A DNA stretch of 64,000 nt, from positions 32,001-96,000 of the IMG/VR virus record IMGVR_UViG_3300021964_000023; one strand, given 5' to 3'. The stretch is from a virus. The notes under the pieces were generated by a model. The model did no database searches. It saw only the letters and a list, made by a program, of their open reading frames with translations, and was not told the origin of the DNA. Each line of letters begins with the position of its first letter. Position 1 is the stretch's first letter. The position numbers were made by a program, and so were the translations under genes. Positions 19,870 to 29,476 of the stretch are shown one piece after another.

Positions 19870-20817
19870 ATGACTCGTGACGAATTCCTTTGGGTTGAGA
19901 AGTATCGACCCAAAACAATTGAAGATTGTATTCTCCCCAATGAAATCAAGAAGACCTTTGTGGAATTCTTGTCAAAGGGCGAAGTTCCCAATCTTCTTCT
20001 TGCTGGACCTGCTGGGTGTGGTAAGACAACGATTGCTAAAGCACTTTGTAATGAACTAGGAGTAGACGTTTATGTCATCAACGGATCCGACGAAGGTCGA
20101 TTCCTCGATACTGTCAGAAACAATGCGAAAAACTTCGCTTCGACCGTATCGCTTACGTCAACTGCTAAACATAAAGTCATCATCATTGATGAGGCAGATA
20201 ACACAACCCATGACGTACAACTCCTCCTACGGGCGTTTACTGAGGAGTTTGCTGGCAACTGTAGGTTCATCTTTACCTGTAACTACAAAAACAAAATCAT
20301 TGAACCCCTCCACTCCCGATGTGCAGTGGTTGAGTTCTCAATACCAGCAAGCAAGCGTCCAGAGATGGCATCCAAGTTCTTTGGCCGCCTCCAAAAAATC
20401 CTGGATGCAGAGAGTATTGAATATGATAACAAGGTCCTGGTAGAACTTATTAATAAACACTTCCCTGATTGGAGGAGAGTTTTAAATGAATGTCAACGTT
20501 ACTCGGCGGGTGGAAAAATCGACTCCGCGATTCTGGCGTCTTTTGCAGATGTCAAGACGAATGACCTTGTTAAAAAACTTAAGGAGAAGAACTTCCCTGA
20601 AGTACGTAAATGGGTCGTCAATAATCTGGACAATGATTCTAGTGTACTTCTGCGTCGTATTTACGATGCTTGTTACGAATCCTTGGTCCCTTCTACCATT
20701 CCTGCTGCTGTGCTCATTATTGCTAAGTATCAGTATCAGGTTGCCTTCGTTGCCGATCAAGAGATTAATCTTTTGGCGGCGTTGACTGAAATTATGTGTG
20801 AATGTGAATTCAAATGA
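19870..20817 (+). CDS. gp44: Clamp loader large subunit
   Basis: LWVEKYRP, GPAGCGKTT, IIDEAD, PLHSRC. Confidence 0.97.
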   Translation: MTRDEFLWVEKYRPKTIEDCILPNEIKKTFVEFLSKGEVPNLLLAGPAGCGKTTIAKALCNELGVDVYVINGSDEGRFLDTVRNNAKNFASTVSLTSTAKHKVIIIDEADNTTHDVQLLLRAFTEEFAGNCRFIFTCNYKNKIIEPLHSRCAVVEFSIPASKRPEMASKFFGRLQKILDAESIEYDNKVLVELINKHFPDWRRVLNECQRYSAGGKIDSAILASFADVKTNDLVKKLKEKNFPEVRKWVVNNLDNDSSVLLRRIYDACYESLVPSTIPAAVLIIAKYQYQVAFVADQEINLLAALTEIMCECEFK

Positions 20818-20996
20818 AAAAACCTAGACAGACAAAATCCAGAATGTACTATTACTTCTGGTCTATTATGACTGCTTGCGTCCTCATTGGACAGATCTAT
20901 GTTGGTACTGGATACCGTGTAATGGCAGCAAGCACCCTACAACTTACTGAGTTTTTTAATACTCTTTTGTCCACTGATCTTAAAGACTACAAATGA
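20814..20996 (+). CDS. Small membrane protein
   Basis: One hydrophobic segment; ATGA overlaps at both ends. Confidence 0.55.
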   Translation: MKKPRQTKSRMYYYFWSIMTACVLIGQIYVGTGYRVMAASTLQLTEFFNTLLSTDLKDYK

Positions 20997-21280
20997 ACGT
21001 TAAACTTGTCCGTACCACCTCTGGTGAAGATGTCATCTGTGAGGTTCTAAGTGAGACCGATGATTCGGTTACTTTCTCTAATGCAATTGTTGCAGTTCCT
21101 GCTGGCAATGGTCAGATTGGTTTTGCTCCCTGGTCTCCACTTCTTAGTAAAGAGGTAAAGGAGTTGACAATCGACAAAAAGTTTGTAATGTACATTGCAG
21201 AAGCACAGGACCAGATCGTGACTGAATATCAGTCTATGTTCAGTCCCATCATTGCTCCTAACAAAAAACTCGCTCTCTGA
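20993..21280 (+). CDS. Conserved hypothetical protein (Sm-like fold?)
   Basis: VKLVRTTSGEDVI, FAPW. Confidence 0.7.
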   Translation: MNVKLVRTTSGEDVICEVLSETDDSVTFSNAIVAVPAGNGQIGFAPWSPLLSKEVKELTIDKKFVMYIAEAQDQIVTEYQSMFSPIIAPNKKLAL

Positions 21281-21295
21281 GTCTTTTATTTTATT

Positions 21296-21817
21296 ATGAT
21301 TAACATTGATCGCATCAATCTTGAAGAGTTCTTTGGTTGTGTGAACGCTACCAATACCAAAGAGATGAAGTCCAATGCATTTAAAACTATCCGTACCTGG
21401 TTGCAGGAGAAGTCCTTTGCCAAGTGGAGTGATGGTCAGCTTGAGTATGTTGGAGACTTCAAAGATGGAGTTGATTTTGTCTCTGAAGACAACATTAACT
21501 ATGAGATGAAGGGTAAACTCAAGATGTTCAACAAGAATGGGTCTACCTCATCCATCGTTCTTAAGAACTTCCAAGGCGACAACAAAGTGATTGAGAAAAC
21601 GTTTGACTACATGCTTCTGGTAGACACTGGATCCATGGCAATTGGCATTACTGATTGGGACACAGTAGAAAAGCGTATTTACTACACCCCCAAATCTCCT
21701 ACTGCCAAGGTCAAGTTTCTCCCAGGAGACTTCACTATCCTTGCCAAGGACATTAAACCTGCAAAGAAGAGTATTACTTCTGCAGAGATCCTCGATAACC
21801 TGCAAGAGATTCTTTAA
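21296..21817 (+). CDS. Hypothetical protein, possible PD-(D/E)xK nuclease
   Basis: E..GVDF-x7-EMK pattern; TAATG-coupled to dam. Confidence 0.45.
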   Translation: MINIDRINLEEFFGCVNATNTKEMKSNAFKTIRTWLQEKSFAKWSDGQLEYVGDFKDGVDFVSEDNINYEMKGKLKMFNKNGSTSSIVLKNFQGDNKVIEKTFDYMLLVDTGSMAIGITDWDTVEKRIYYTPKSPTAKVKFLPGDFTILAKDIKPAKKSITSAEILDNLQEIL

Positions 21818-22728
21818 TGAAAAGTTTTAAGACTCCTCTCCGCTACCCTGGAGGCAAGTCCAGGGCATGTAAAAAGATGGATCCTTACTTCCCTGATCTC
21901 AGGGATTATAAGGAGTACCATGAGCCATTTATTGGTGGTGGCAGTGTTGCCCTACACATCACTAAGAAGTATCCTCATCTGAAGATCTGGGTAAATGATC
22001 TTCATCCACCTTTAGCAACCTTCTGGCAGCAACTCCAAACTAATGGACGCCAGATGCAAGAGAAACTTAATGAACTCAAGTCTCGTTATCCTGATAGGGG
22101 TTCTGCAAAGGGAATTTTCCTAGCATCTAAAGAGTATCTTGCCACCGATCTGTCCGAACCTTTGTGGACAGCAATCTCTTTCTATATTGTTAATAAGTGT
22201 TCTTTTTCTGGTTTGAGTGAATCATCATCGTTCTCTCCACAAGCATCTGATAATAATTTCTCTATGAAGGGTATCCTTAAATTGACTGGATATCAACAAC
22301 TTATACATAATTGGAAGATCACCAATTATTCATATGATCAGATTCTAGATGAATCTTCTGATCGATCTGGTGTGTTTGTTTATCTTGATCCTCCATATGA
22401 TATTAAAGATAATTTGTATGGTAAAAAGGGTGGGATGCACAAAGGATTTGATCATGATAAATTTGCAGAAGACTGTAGTAACTCTTCTACAGACATGATG
22501 ATCAGTTATAATTCTGATCAACTTGTTAAAGATCGTTTTATCGATTCTAAATGGAGAACTGGAGAGTTTGATCTCACATATACTATGAGATCTGTTGGTG
22601 ATTACATGAGTGATCAAAAAGAACGTAAAGAACTACTTTTAATGAACTATGAAAATAGAAGTCTCACTCTACAAGGCGGGCAAACTCTGGAAGGAGGAGT
22701 GTCAAGCAGCAGACTTCCAGGATGCTAG
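21817..22728 (+). CDS. dam: DNA adenine methyltransferase (Dam/D12 class)
   Basis: LRYPGGKS, EPFIGGGSV, YLDPPY. Confidence 0.93.
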   Translation: MKSFKTPLRYPGGKSRACKKMDPYFPDLRDYKEYHEPFIGGGSVALHITKKYPHLKIWVNDLHPPLATFWQQLQTNGRQMQEKLNELKSRYPDRGSAKGIFLASKEYLATDLSEPLWTAISFYIVNKCSFSGLSESSSFSPQASDNNFSMKGILKLTGYQQLIHNWKITNYSYDQILDESSDRSGVFVYLDPPYDIKDNLYGKKGGMHKGFDHDKFAEDCSNSSTDMMISYNSDQLVKDRFIDSKWRTGEFDLTYTMRSVGDYMSDQKERKELLLMNYENRSLTLQGGQTLEGGVSSSRLPGC

Positions 22729-22831
22729 AGTGATTGCTCTAGAGAAAAATCCTGGCGCAACAATTGTTGGTGTCAGTGCCAATTTGTGTGCTGATCAAAT
22801 TGGAGACATCCCCGATTACTTTAAAAAATAA
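22649..22831 (+). CDS. Small hypothetical protein
   Basis: MKIEVSLYKAGKLWKEE..NPGATIVGV; overlaps the dam tail. Confidence 0.55.
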   Translation: MKIEVSLYKAGKLWKEECQAADFQDARVIALEKNPGATIVGVSANLCADQIGDIPDYFKK

Positions 22832-22833
22832 TC

Positions 22834-23547
22834 ATGACCTATAGGTATGAGTTCTCACCTCGTATTAATCCTGGAATACTTAAGTGGAAATTAAATAAAG
22901 ATCATATGGATCTTCTATGGGCATATCTTAAAAAACCTACTACTAAAGGTGCCTGGAAGTTTGACGATAATAATAAGATTATTGAAAGAACTCCATATCA
23001 AGAATGGGCACTCGATGACTATACTAAAAGATTTAGATCTGAAGTATTAGCACCAGCAATTAAGGAGTATGTAGACTATTGGGGATACCCAATGGCACTT
23101 AAGACTAGTCATTATCCGATTCCTAAAATGAATCGATGGTGGGTTAGAGTCTCTGGCAAAGGTGAATATCAACCACTTCATGATCATCAATCAATTTGGA
23201 CATTCATTATTTGGATGAATATTCCTTTTGAATATGAGGATGAGCAATCTGGTGATGCCATAGAACTATATCCAGAAGCAGGCAATGTTACTATTCATTA
23301 TCTTGATTCTATTGGAAGACTTCAAGTGTATCCATTTAGATTGGGTAAAAAAGATGAAGGAACTATGCTTTTATTTCCAGGAGATCTAAATCATACAGTT
23401 TATCCTCATTATACTACCGATGAATACAGAATTAGTATTGCGGGTGATATTGTAATTGATAGTTTAAACTGTGATCAATTAGTTCCAGTTTATCGAAAAA
23501 ATGATCATGAGTTTTCTAACTTTCGCGAAGAGGACTATGGAACTTAA
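22834..23547 (+). CDS. 2OG-Fe(II) oxygenase-like protein
   Basis: HDH..LFPGDLNHTVYP..RISIAGD; paralog of 32690..33340. Confidence 0.75.
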   Translation: MTYRYEFSPRINPGILKWKLNKDHMDLLWAYLKKPTTKGAWKFDDNNKIIERTPYQEWALDDYTKRFRSEVLAPAIKEYVDYWGYPMALKTSHYPIPKMNRWWVRVSGKGEYQPLHDHQSIWTFIIWMNIPFEYEDEQSGDAIELYPEAGNVTIHYLDSIGRLQVYPFRLGKKDEGTMLLFPGDLNHTVYPHYTTDEYRISIAGDIVIDSLNCDQLVPVYRKNDHEFSNFREEDYGT

Positions 23548-23902
23548 AGATTGGTTGAATTCTATCAATCAAACAAAAGAAGATTTGTCTGAGGACATCA
23601 AGTCATATCCACCATTCATTGTTAATCGTTGCTTGTCTGGTCATTTAGATTGTGTTTTGTTTGCCAATGAGATGAATAAGAATGGTCACCTTGATAAAGA
23701 CATGCAATATTCTTTTTATCTAAATAGTTTGAGGAAGCGTAAAAGGTTTTCTCCTTGGCTCCGAAAGGATAAGATTACTGATCTTGATATTGTCAAGCAA
23801 TACTATGGTTATAGTAATGAGAAGGCAATGCAGGCATTGAAGATCTTGTCAAAAGATCAAATAGATTTTATTAAGAAACGACTTGACATTGGTGGAACAT
23901 GA
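23537..23902 (+). CDS. gp62: Clamp loader small subunit
   Basis: LKDWLNSIN, YPPFIVNRCLS, YYGYSNEKA; GAGGA SD before 23537. Confidence 0.95.
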   Translation: MELKDWLNSINQTKEDLSEDIKSYPPFIVNRCLSGHLDCVLFANEMNKNGHLDKDMQYSFYLNSLRKRKRFSPWLRKDKITDLDIVKQYYGYSNEKAMQALKILSKDQIDFIKKRLDIGGT

Positions 23903-24336
23903 CAAACAGTATTGAACCTCAGGTAAACTGGAAACCTGAGATGATGGTTGAAGTTATGTTGAATGAACCTGATGACTTTTTGAAGGTTCGTGAGACTCTT
24001 ACTCGTATCGGTGTTGCTTCACGCAAAGAAAAGAAACTTTATCAGTCTTGCCACATTCTTCACAAGCAAGGTAGGTATTACATCACTCACTTCAAGGAAC
24101 TGTTTGCTCTTGATGGCAAACATGCAAACCTTACTGTAAATGATGTTCAGAGACGGAACAGGATTGCGAGACTCCTCTCTGATTGGGGTTTAATTAGCGT
24201 AGTAGATGGCGAATCCATTATGGATATCGCACCTTTAAACCAAATTAAGGTTTTATCCTATAAAGATAAGAACGACTGGATCCTGGAACAGAAGTATAAC
24301 ATTGGGTCGAAGAAAAAAGTAGAAGCGACCGAGTAA
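23899..24336 (+). CDS. regA: Translational repressor RegA
   Basis: DDFLKVRETLTRIG, LYQSCHILHKQGRYYITHFKELF. Confidence 0.97.
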   Translation: MTNSIEPQVNWKPEMMVEVMLNEPDDFLKVRETLTRIGVASRKEKKLYQSCHILHKQGRYYITHFKELFALDGKHANLTVNDVQRRNRIARLLSDWGLISVVDGESIMDIAPLNQIKVLSYKDKNDWILEQKYNIGSKKKVEATE

Positions 24337-24340
24337 TCAA

Positions 24341-24535
24341 ATGGAAGAAGAGTCATACGAATATCAACTATTTTTATCAATAGATGATGTTCGTATGCTT
24401 TATAACCATACTTGTTATTCAATTGAGAAATGGCCAGGAGCACCTGCTAGACCATATGAAGAACAAGAGTTCTTGTGGCATATGAAGTCTCAACTTTTTG
24501 CTATGCTTGCTGACCACACATTCAATAACGGTTAA
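24341..24535 (+). CDS. Small hypothetical protein
   Basis: 64-aa ORF with WPGAPARP. Confidence 0.6.
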   Translation: MEEESYEYQLFLSIDDVRMLYNHTCYSIEKWPGAPARPYEEQEFLWHMKSQLFAMLADHTFNNG

Positions 24536-24595
24536 CCCCATAACCATATTCGGTTATTACGGTTACTCTTTTTTGTAGTTTATGGTTAAATAGTA

Positions 24596-24651
24596 GTGGA
24601 TGCCGAAGGGGTCCACACAACATAAACTCGCTTAGTAAAGGAGCTAAAACC
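24596..24651 (+). promoter_or_regulatory. ROSE-like RNA thermometer in hsp20 leader
   Basis: Hairpin 24596-24616, then CTC(G)CTT-AGTA-AAGGAG stem sequestering the SD with a bulged G. Confidence 0.6.
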
Positions 24652-25083
24652 ATGGGTAACCTCATGAGATACGGTGCTGCAGATATTTCGCAGCTTCTGG
24701 ATAGAATCAATCGTAATAGTATTGGAATGGACGAGTACTTTGATCGTCTTTTCAACATCCATGAATCATCTACCAACTATCCTCCCTATAATTTGATCCA
24801 GGTTAGCAATGTAGAGTCGCGTTTAGAAATCGCGCTTGCTGGATTCAAAAAGGAGGAGGTAAATGTCTACACCGAGTACGGAAAACTTTTTGTCGAAGGA
24901 CAAAAAGAATCCAAAGGAGATACGAACTACGTCCATAGAGGAATGGCTCAACGATCTTTCACCAGAGCATGGACGCTCAGTGATGATACGGAAATTAGAT
25001 CAGTTACTTTTGAGGATGGGTTACTAAGTATTGAACTTGGTAAAGTAGTTCCAGAACATCATGCTCGCAAAGACTACCTATAA
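24652..25083 (+). CDS. hsp20: Small heat shock protein
   Basis: NYPPYNL, LEIALAGF, HRGMAQRSFTR, FEDGLL. Confidence 0.96.
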   Translation: MGNLMRYGAADISQLLDRINRNSIGMDEYFDRLFNIHESSTNYPPYNLIQVSNVESRLEIALAGFKKEEVNVYTEYGKLFVEGQKESKGDTNYVHRGMAQRSFTRAWTLSDDTEIRSVTFEDGLLSIELGKVVPEHHARKDYL

Positions 25084-25162
25084 ATAACTGCGGGGCATAC
25101 CCAAATATCGTCGCCGCACGGGCAGGGTTGGTCAGAATCAACCCTTGCCCACTTTTCTTTTT
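25079..25162 (+). ncRNA. Late promoter followed by a two-hairpin element and U-tract (candidate small RNA or terminator)
   Basis: TATAAATA 25079-25086; hairpins 25089-25118 and 25120-25150; T-run 25153-25162. Confidence 0.4.
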
Positions 25163-25194
25163 CGTGCTAATATCACATTAAACTTCGTTTAGTC

Positions 25195-25542
25195 ATGGCA
25201 ATTAAATTAGCTGTCGTAAAGACAGGAGAACAAATCATTACTGATGTTGAAGAGATGCTTCTCGAAGACAAAGTAGTTGGATATTTCTTTAACAAACCCT
25301 GTATAGTAAAAACAGGTGATCCAGAGGTTAGTGAAGAGGGTGGTGCATCCTTTGAGATTAAATTGAGTCCTTGGATTGCTCTGGGTAAAGGTTATAGATT
25401 CCCAGTTCCTCTTGATTGGATCGTAACGTTCGTTGATCCTGTCAATGAACTTCATCGTATGTATTTGGTTGACATCCTCAAAGAAGAGGAAGAGGATCAA
25501 AGTCAATCCATGGTAGTAACTGATAGTTGTGAGGACTGTTGA
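25195..25542 (+). CDS. Conserved hypothetical protein (Sm-like fold?)
   Basis: IKLAVVKTGEQII, LSPWI, PLDWIVT; TTGCCC-N17-TAATAT upstream. Confidence 0.7.
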   Translation: MAIKLAVVKTGEQIITDVEEMLLEDKVVGYFFNKPCIVKTGDPEVSEEGGASFEIKLSPWIALGKGYRFPVPLDWIVTFVDPVNELHRMYLVDILKEEEEDQSQSMVVTDSCEDC

Positions 25543-25543
25543 T

Positions 25544-25798
25544 ATGGACCCTAAAGTTATTATTTTTCAAACTGGTGGAACTCTGATTTCTCGATTAGAG
25601 GAAGCACCATCTGCTGATATTGGTGAACCAGATTGTATTCTGGTACAACCATTTAATATTATGCCTGACGGAACTCTTAAAAGTTGGTTGGGTGATATTA
25701 CGGGAGATCAAAAGTTCAAGATTCATTCCGATAAGATCTTGACCATTGCCGAACCAACTGATAGAATCAAGGAACTGTACGGCAACTTGACTAAGTGA
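25544..25798 (+). CDS. Conserved hypothetical protein
   Basis: ADIGEPDC, HSDKILTIAEP; precedes gp43. Confidence 0.7.
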   Translation: MDPKVIIFQTGGTLISRLEEAPSADIGEPDCILVQPFNIMPDGTLKSWLGDITGDQKFKIHSDKILTIAEPTDRIKELYGNLTK

Positions 25799-28290
25799 GA
25801 TTTTATACGAACGTCCAGATGGTCGGGAACCAATTCCTCGTTAGGGGTTATGAAGACGGTAAACGCTTCACAACTCGCGAGAAGTGGAACCCGACCCTTT
25901 TTGTGCCCTCACAAAAGAAGACGTTCTATAAGACTCTTAGTGGAGAACAGGTTGAAGCAATCAAACCTGGGACCGTACATGAGTGCCGTGAGTTCATCAA
26001 AAAATATGATGGTGTAGAGGGATTTAAAATCTACGGTAATGAGCGGTTTATTTACCAATACATCTCTGAGAAGTATTCTGAGCAAGAGATCAAGTTTGAC
26101 ATTGGTAAGATCATGCTATCTACCATTGACATTGAGGTCGCTTCTGAGAATGGATTCCCAGATGTAGAGTCTGCTGCCGAGGAAGTTCTCCTTATCACCC
26201 TTCAGGATTATGCGACCAAGGAAATCATCACTTGGGGTCAGGGTCCATTCAAATTGAAGCAAGGGAATCATTATTACAAGCAGTTCAACAATGAAGAAGA
26301 TCTTCTTCATGACTTCATCAGTTGGTGGATTGACAACACCCCCGAAGTTGTCACTGGATGGAATAGTAAACTGTATGATATTCCATATCTAGTTCGCCGC
26401 ATTGATCGAATCCTTGGAGAGAAGTTGATGAAGAGACTCTCTCCATGGGGTCTTGTGACTGAGCAAGAAGTCTACATTCAAGGTAGGAAGCAAATGTCTT
26501 ATGACATTGGTGGAGTCTCTCAGTTAGATTATCTAGATCTCTATAAGAAGTTTACTTATACTAACCAAGAGTCTTATCGACTGGATCATATTGCAAATGT
26601 AGAGTTGGGTCAGCAGAAGCTAGACCACTCAGAATTTGATACCTTCAAGGATTTCTACACCAACGGTTGGCAGAAGTTTGTAGAATACAACATCATTGAC
26701 GTGGAACTTGTTGACCGATTGGAAGACAAGATGAAGTTGATTGAACTTGCGTTGACTATGGCATATGATGCTAAGGTCAATTATGAAGATGTGTTCTATC
26801 AAGTGAGGATGTGGGACACAATCATTTATAACTATTTGAAGGGAATGGGGATTGTCATTCCTCCCAAGGAAAAATCCGATAAAAACGAAAAGTACGCAGG
26901 TGCTTATGTCAAGGAACCGATTCCAGGAAAGTATGATTGGGTTGTGTCTTTTGACCTTAATAGTCTGTACCCTCACCTTATTATGCAGTACAACATCTCG
27001 CCAGAGACGCTTCAGGATACCAGGCATCCATCAGCAACAGTTGATCGAATTCTTAATGAAGAGATAGACTTTGAGGATTGCAAAGATAGTGCGGTCTGTG
27101 CTAACGGATCCATGTACCGCAAGAATACCCGTGGGTTCTTGCCAGAACTCATGGATAAGATGTATAGCGAGCGAGTGATCTTCAAGAAGAAGATGCTCAA
27201 AGCGAAGCAAGCATATGAGAAGACACCTACTAAAGAATTGGAGAAGGAAATTGCACGTTGTAACAATATTCAGATGGCTAAGAAGATCGCCCTTAACTCT
27301 GCCTATGGTGCTATTGGCAATCAATATTTTCGTTACTATAAACTTGCTAACGCCGAAGCAATCACCCTATCTGGACAAGTCTCCATCCGTTGGATTGAGA
27401 ACAGAATGAATGCCTATCTAAATAGGATTCTAAAGACAGAAGGCAAGGACTATGTTATTGCTTCTGATACTGACTCTATCTACCTACATCTTGGTCCACT
27501 TGTTGATCGCGTATTTCCTGAAGGAACTGACGATAAAGCAAAAGTAGTTGAGTTCCTTGACAAAGCATGTCAAGATCAGATCGAACCATTTATTGATAAG
27601 AGTTACAAAGATTTGGCAGAATATGTCAACGCTTATGATCAGAAGATGTTCATGAAGCGTGAGAACATTGCTGACCGTGGTATTTGGACAGCTAAGAAGC
27701 GATATATCTTGAATGTCTGGAACAGCGAGGGTGTTGCTTATGCTGAACCTAAACTGAAGATCATGGGTATTGAGGCAGTTAAGTCATCAACTCCTGCACC
27801 TTGTCGGGCAATGATTAAGGGTGCTCTAAAACTTATGATGACTGGTACTGAGGAGGACGTGATTGAATTTATTGATAAGAGTAGGCAAGAGTTCAAGCAA
27901 CTCCCTCCCGAACAGATCTCATTCCCAAGATCCGTATCGAATGTCAAGAAGTATGAGTGTAGAACTTCTATCTATACAAAGGGAACACCTATCCATGTCA
28001 GGGGTGCTCTTCTATTCAATCATCATGTAAAGGACAAAAAACTGACTAATAAATACTCACTCATCAATAACGGAGAGAAGATTAAGTTCTGCTATTTGAA
28101 GGAACCAAACCCACTGAGAGAGAATGTTATCTCATTCATTCAAGAATTTCCTAAGGAACTTAACCTTGACAAATATATTGACTACAACCTACAATTTGAC
28201 AAGAGTTTTGTTGAACCCGTAAAAACTATTCTCGACGCCATCGGATGGAATGTTGAGAAGACTGTAAACCTTGAACTATTTTTTGGATAA
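25795..28290 (+). CDS. gp43: Family B DNA polymerase
   Basis: DIEV exonuclease, SFDLNSLYP, KIALNSAYG, DTDS; no intein or intron seen. Confidence 0.98.
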   Translation: MRFYTNVQMVGNQFLVRGYEDGKRFTTREKWNPTLFVPSQKKTFYKTLSGEQVEAIKPGTVHECREFIKKYDGVEGFKIYGNERFIYQYISEKYSEQEIKFDIGKIMLSTIDIEVASENGFPDVESAAEEVLLITLQDYATKEIITWGQGPFKLKQGNHYYKQFNNEEDLLHDFISWWIDNTPEVVTGWNSKLYDIPYLVRRIDRILGEKLMKRLSPWGLVTEQEVYIQGRKQMSYDIGGVSQLDYLDLYKKFTYTNQESYRLDHIANVELGQQKLDHSEFDTFKDFYTNGWQKFVEYNIIDVELVDRLEDKMKLIELALTMAYDAKVNYEDVFYQVRMWDTIIYNYLKGMGIVIPPKEKSDKNEKYAGAYVKEPIPGKYDWVVSFDLNSLYPHLIMQYNISPETLQDTRHPSATVDRILNEEIDFEDCKDSAVCANGSMYRKNTRGFLPELMDKMYSERVIFKKKMLKAKQAYEKTPTKELEKEIARCNNIQMAKKIALNSAYGAIGNQYFRYYKLANAEAITLSGQVSIRWIENRMNAYLNRILKTEGKDYVIASDTDSIYLHLGPLVDRVFPEGTDDKAKVVEFLDKACQDQIEPFIDKSYKDLAEYVNAYDQKMFMKRENIADRGIWTAKKRYILNVWNSEGVAYAEPKLKIMGIEAVKSSTPAPCRAMIKGALKLMMTGTEEDVIEFIDKSRQEFKQLPPEQISFPRSVSNVKKYECRTSIYTKGTPIHVRGALLFNHHVKDKKLTNKYSLINNGEKIKFCYLKEPNPLRENVISFIQEFPKELNLDKYIDYNLQFDKSFVEPVKTILDAIGWNVEKTVNLELFFG

Positions 28291-28460
28291 TGGAACTTCC
28301 TATTAATGATGCAGAGCTCGCTACTATCGTAGGTGCGCTTCGTTTGGGTGGAGATACCTCTCTCTATCAAAAGTTGAAGATCATCAAGGAGATTCGTGAG
28401 GAGAACCCTGGCGGACCTTATAAAAGAATTGCTCGTGAAAAGTTTGGATTTGTGATCTAA
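28290..28460 (+). CDS. Small hypothetical protein (56 aa)
   Basis: MELPINDAELATIVGALRLGGDTSLYQKL...; TAATG-coupled on both sides. Confidence 0.7.
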   Translation: MELPINDAELATIVGALRLGGDTSLYQKLKIIKEIREENPGGPYKRIAREKFGFVI

Positions 28461-29476
28461 TGGATTTTTTAAAAGATATTGTAAAAGAGATTGGCGATGA
28501 CTACACTCAGCTCGCTGCAGATATTGACGAGACTGAGCAGTATGTTGACACAGGTTCGCACATTTTTAACGCACTCGTATCAGGTAGTGTATTTGGTGGT
28601 GTATCTGGGAACAAGATTACTGCTATTGCTGGAGAGTCTTCTACTGGAAAGACTTTCTTTTCTCTCGCTGTGGTTAAGAATTTTCTGGATTCTAACCCCG
28701 ATGGTTATTGTCTCTACTTTGATACTGAGGCTGCTGTTAACAAGGGACTACTCGCTAGTCGCGGAGTTGATCTAAACCGAGTTGTTGTGGTCAACGTTGT
28801 AACTATCGAAGAGTTCCGAAGTAAAGCACTCCGTGCAGTAGATATGTACCTCAAAGCGCCTGTAGAGGATCGCAAACCCTGCATGTTTGTGCTAGACTCT
28901 CTTGGAATGCTATCCACCGAGAAGGAGATTACAGACGCTCTCAATGATAAGCAAGTTCGGGATATGACCAAATCCCAACTTGTCAAAGGTGCGTTCCGTA
29001 TGCTCACTCTTAAGTTGGGTCAGGCAAACATCCCCATGATTGTTACTAATCACACCTATGATGTTATCGGTGCTTATGTCCCCACAAAGGAAATGGGTGG
29101 CGGTTCTGGTCTTAAGTATGCTGCTTCCACTATCATCTATCTCAGCAAAAAGAAGGAGAAGGATGGAACAGAAGTGGTAGGTAATATCATCAAGGCAAAG
29201 ACTGCTAAGTCTCGTTTAAGTAAGGAGAACAAAGATGTGGAAATTCGCCTTTATTATGATGAGCGTGGTCTTGATCGATATTATGGTCTTCTTGAACTCG
29301 GTGAGATTGGCGGGATGTGGAAGAACGTTGCTGGTCGATATGAGATGACCATAGATGGTGAGACTAAGAAAGTCTATGCCAAAGCAATCTACAAAGAACC
29401 TGAGAAGTATTTTACTTCTGAAGTTCTAGAGCAACTTGACGTTATTGCTAAGTCCGAATTTAGTTATGGTGAGTAA
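28460..29476 (+). CDS. uvsX: RecA-like recombinase
   Basis: AGESSTGKT, FDTE, LDSLG, MGGGSG. Confidence 0.97.
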   Translation: MDFLKDIVKEIGDDYTQLAADIDETEQYVDTGSHIFNALVSGSVFGGVSGNKITAIAGESSTGKTFFSLAVVKNFLDSNPDGYCLYFDTEAAVNKGLLASRGVDLNRVVVVNVVTIEEFRSKALRAVDMYLKAPVEDRKPCMFVLDSLGMLSTEKEITDALNDKQVRDMTKSQLVKGAFRMLTLKLGQANIPMIVTNHTYDVIGAYVPTKEMGGGSGLKYAASTIIYLSKKKEKDGTEVVGNIIKAKTAKSRLSKENKDVEIRLYYDERGLDRYYGLLELGEIGGMWKNVAGRYEMTIDGETKKVYAKAIYKEPEKYFTSEVLEQLDVIAKSEFSYGE

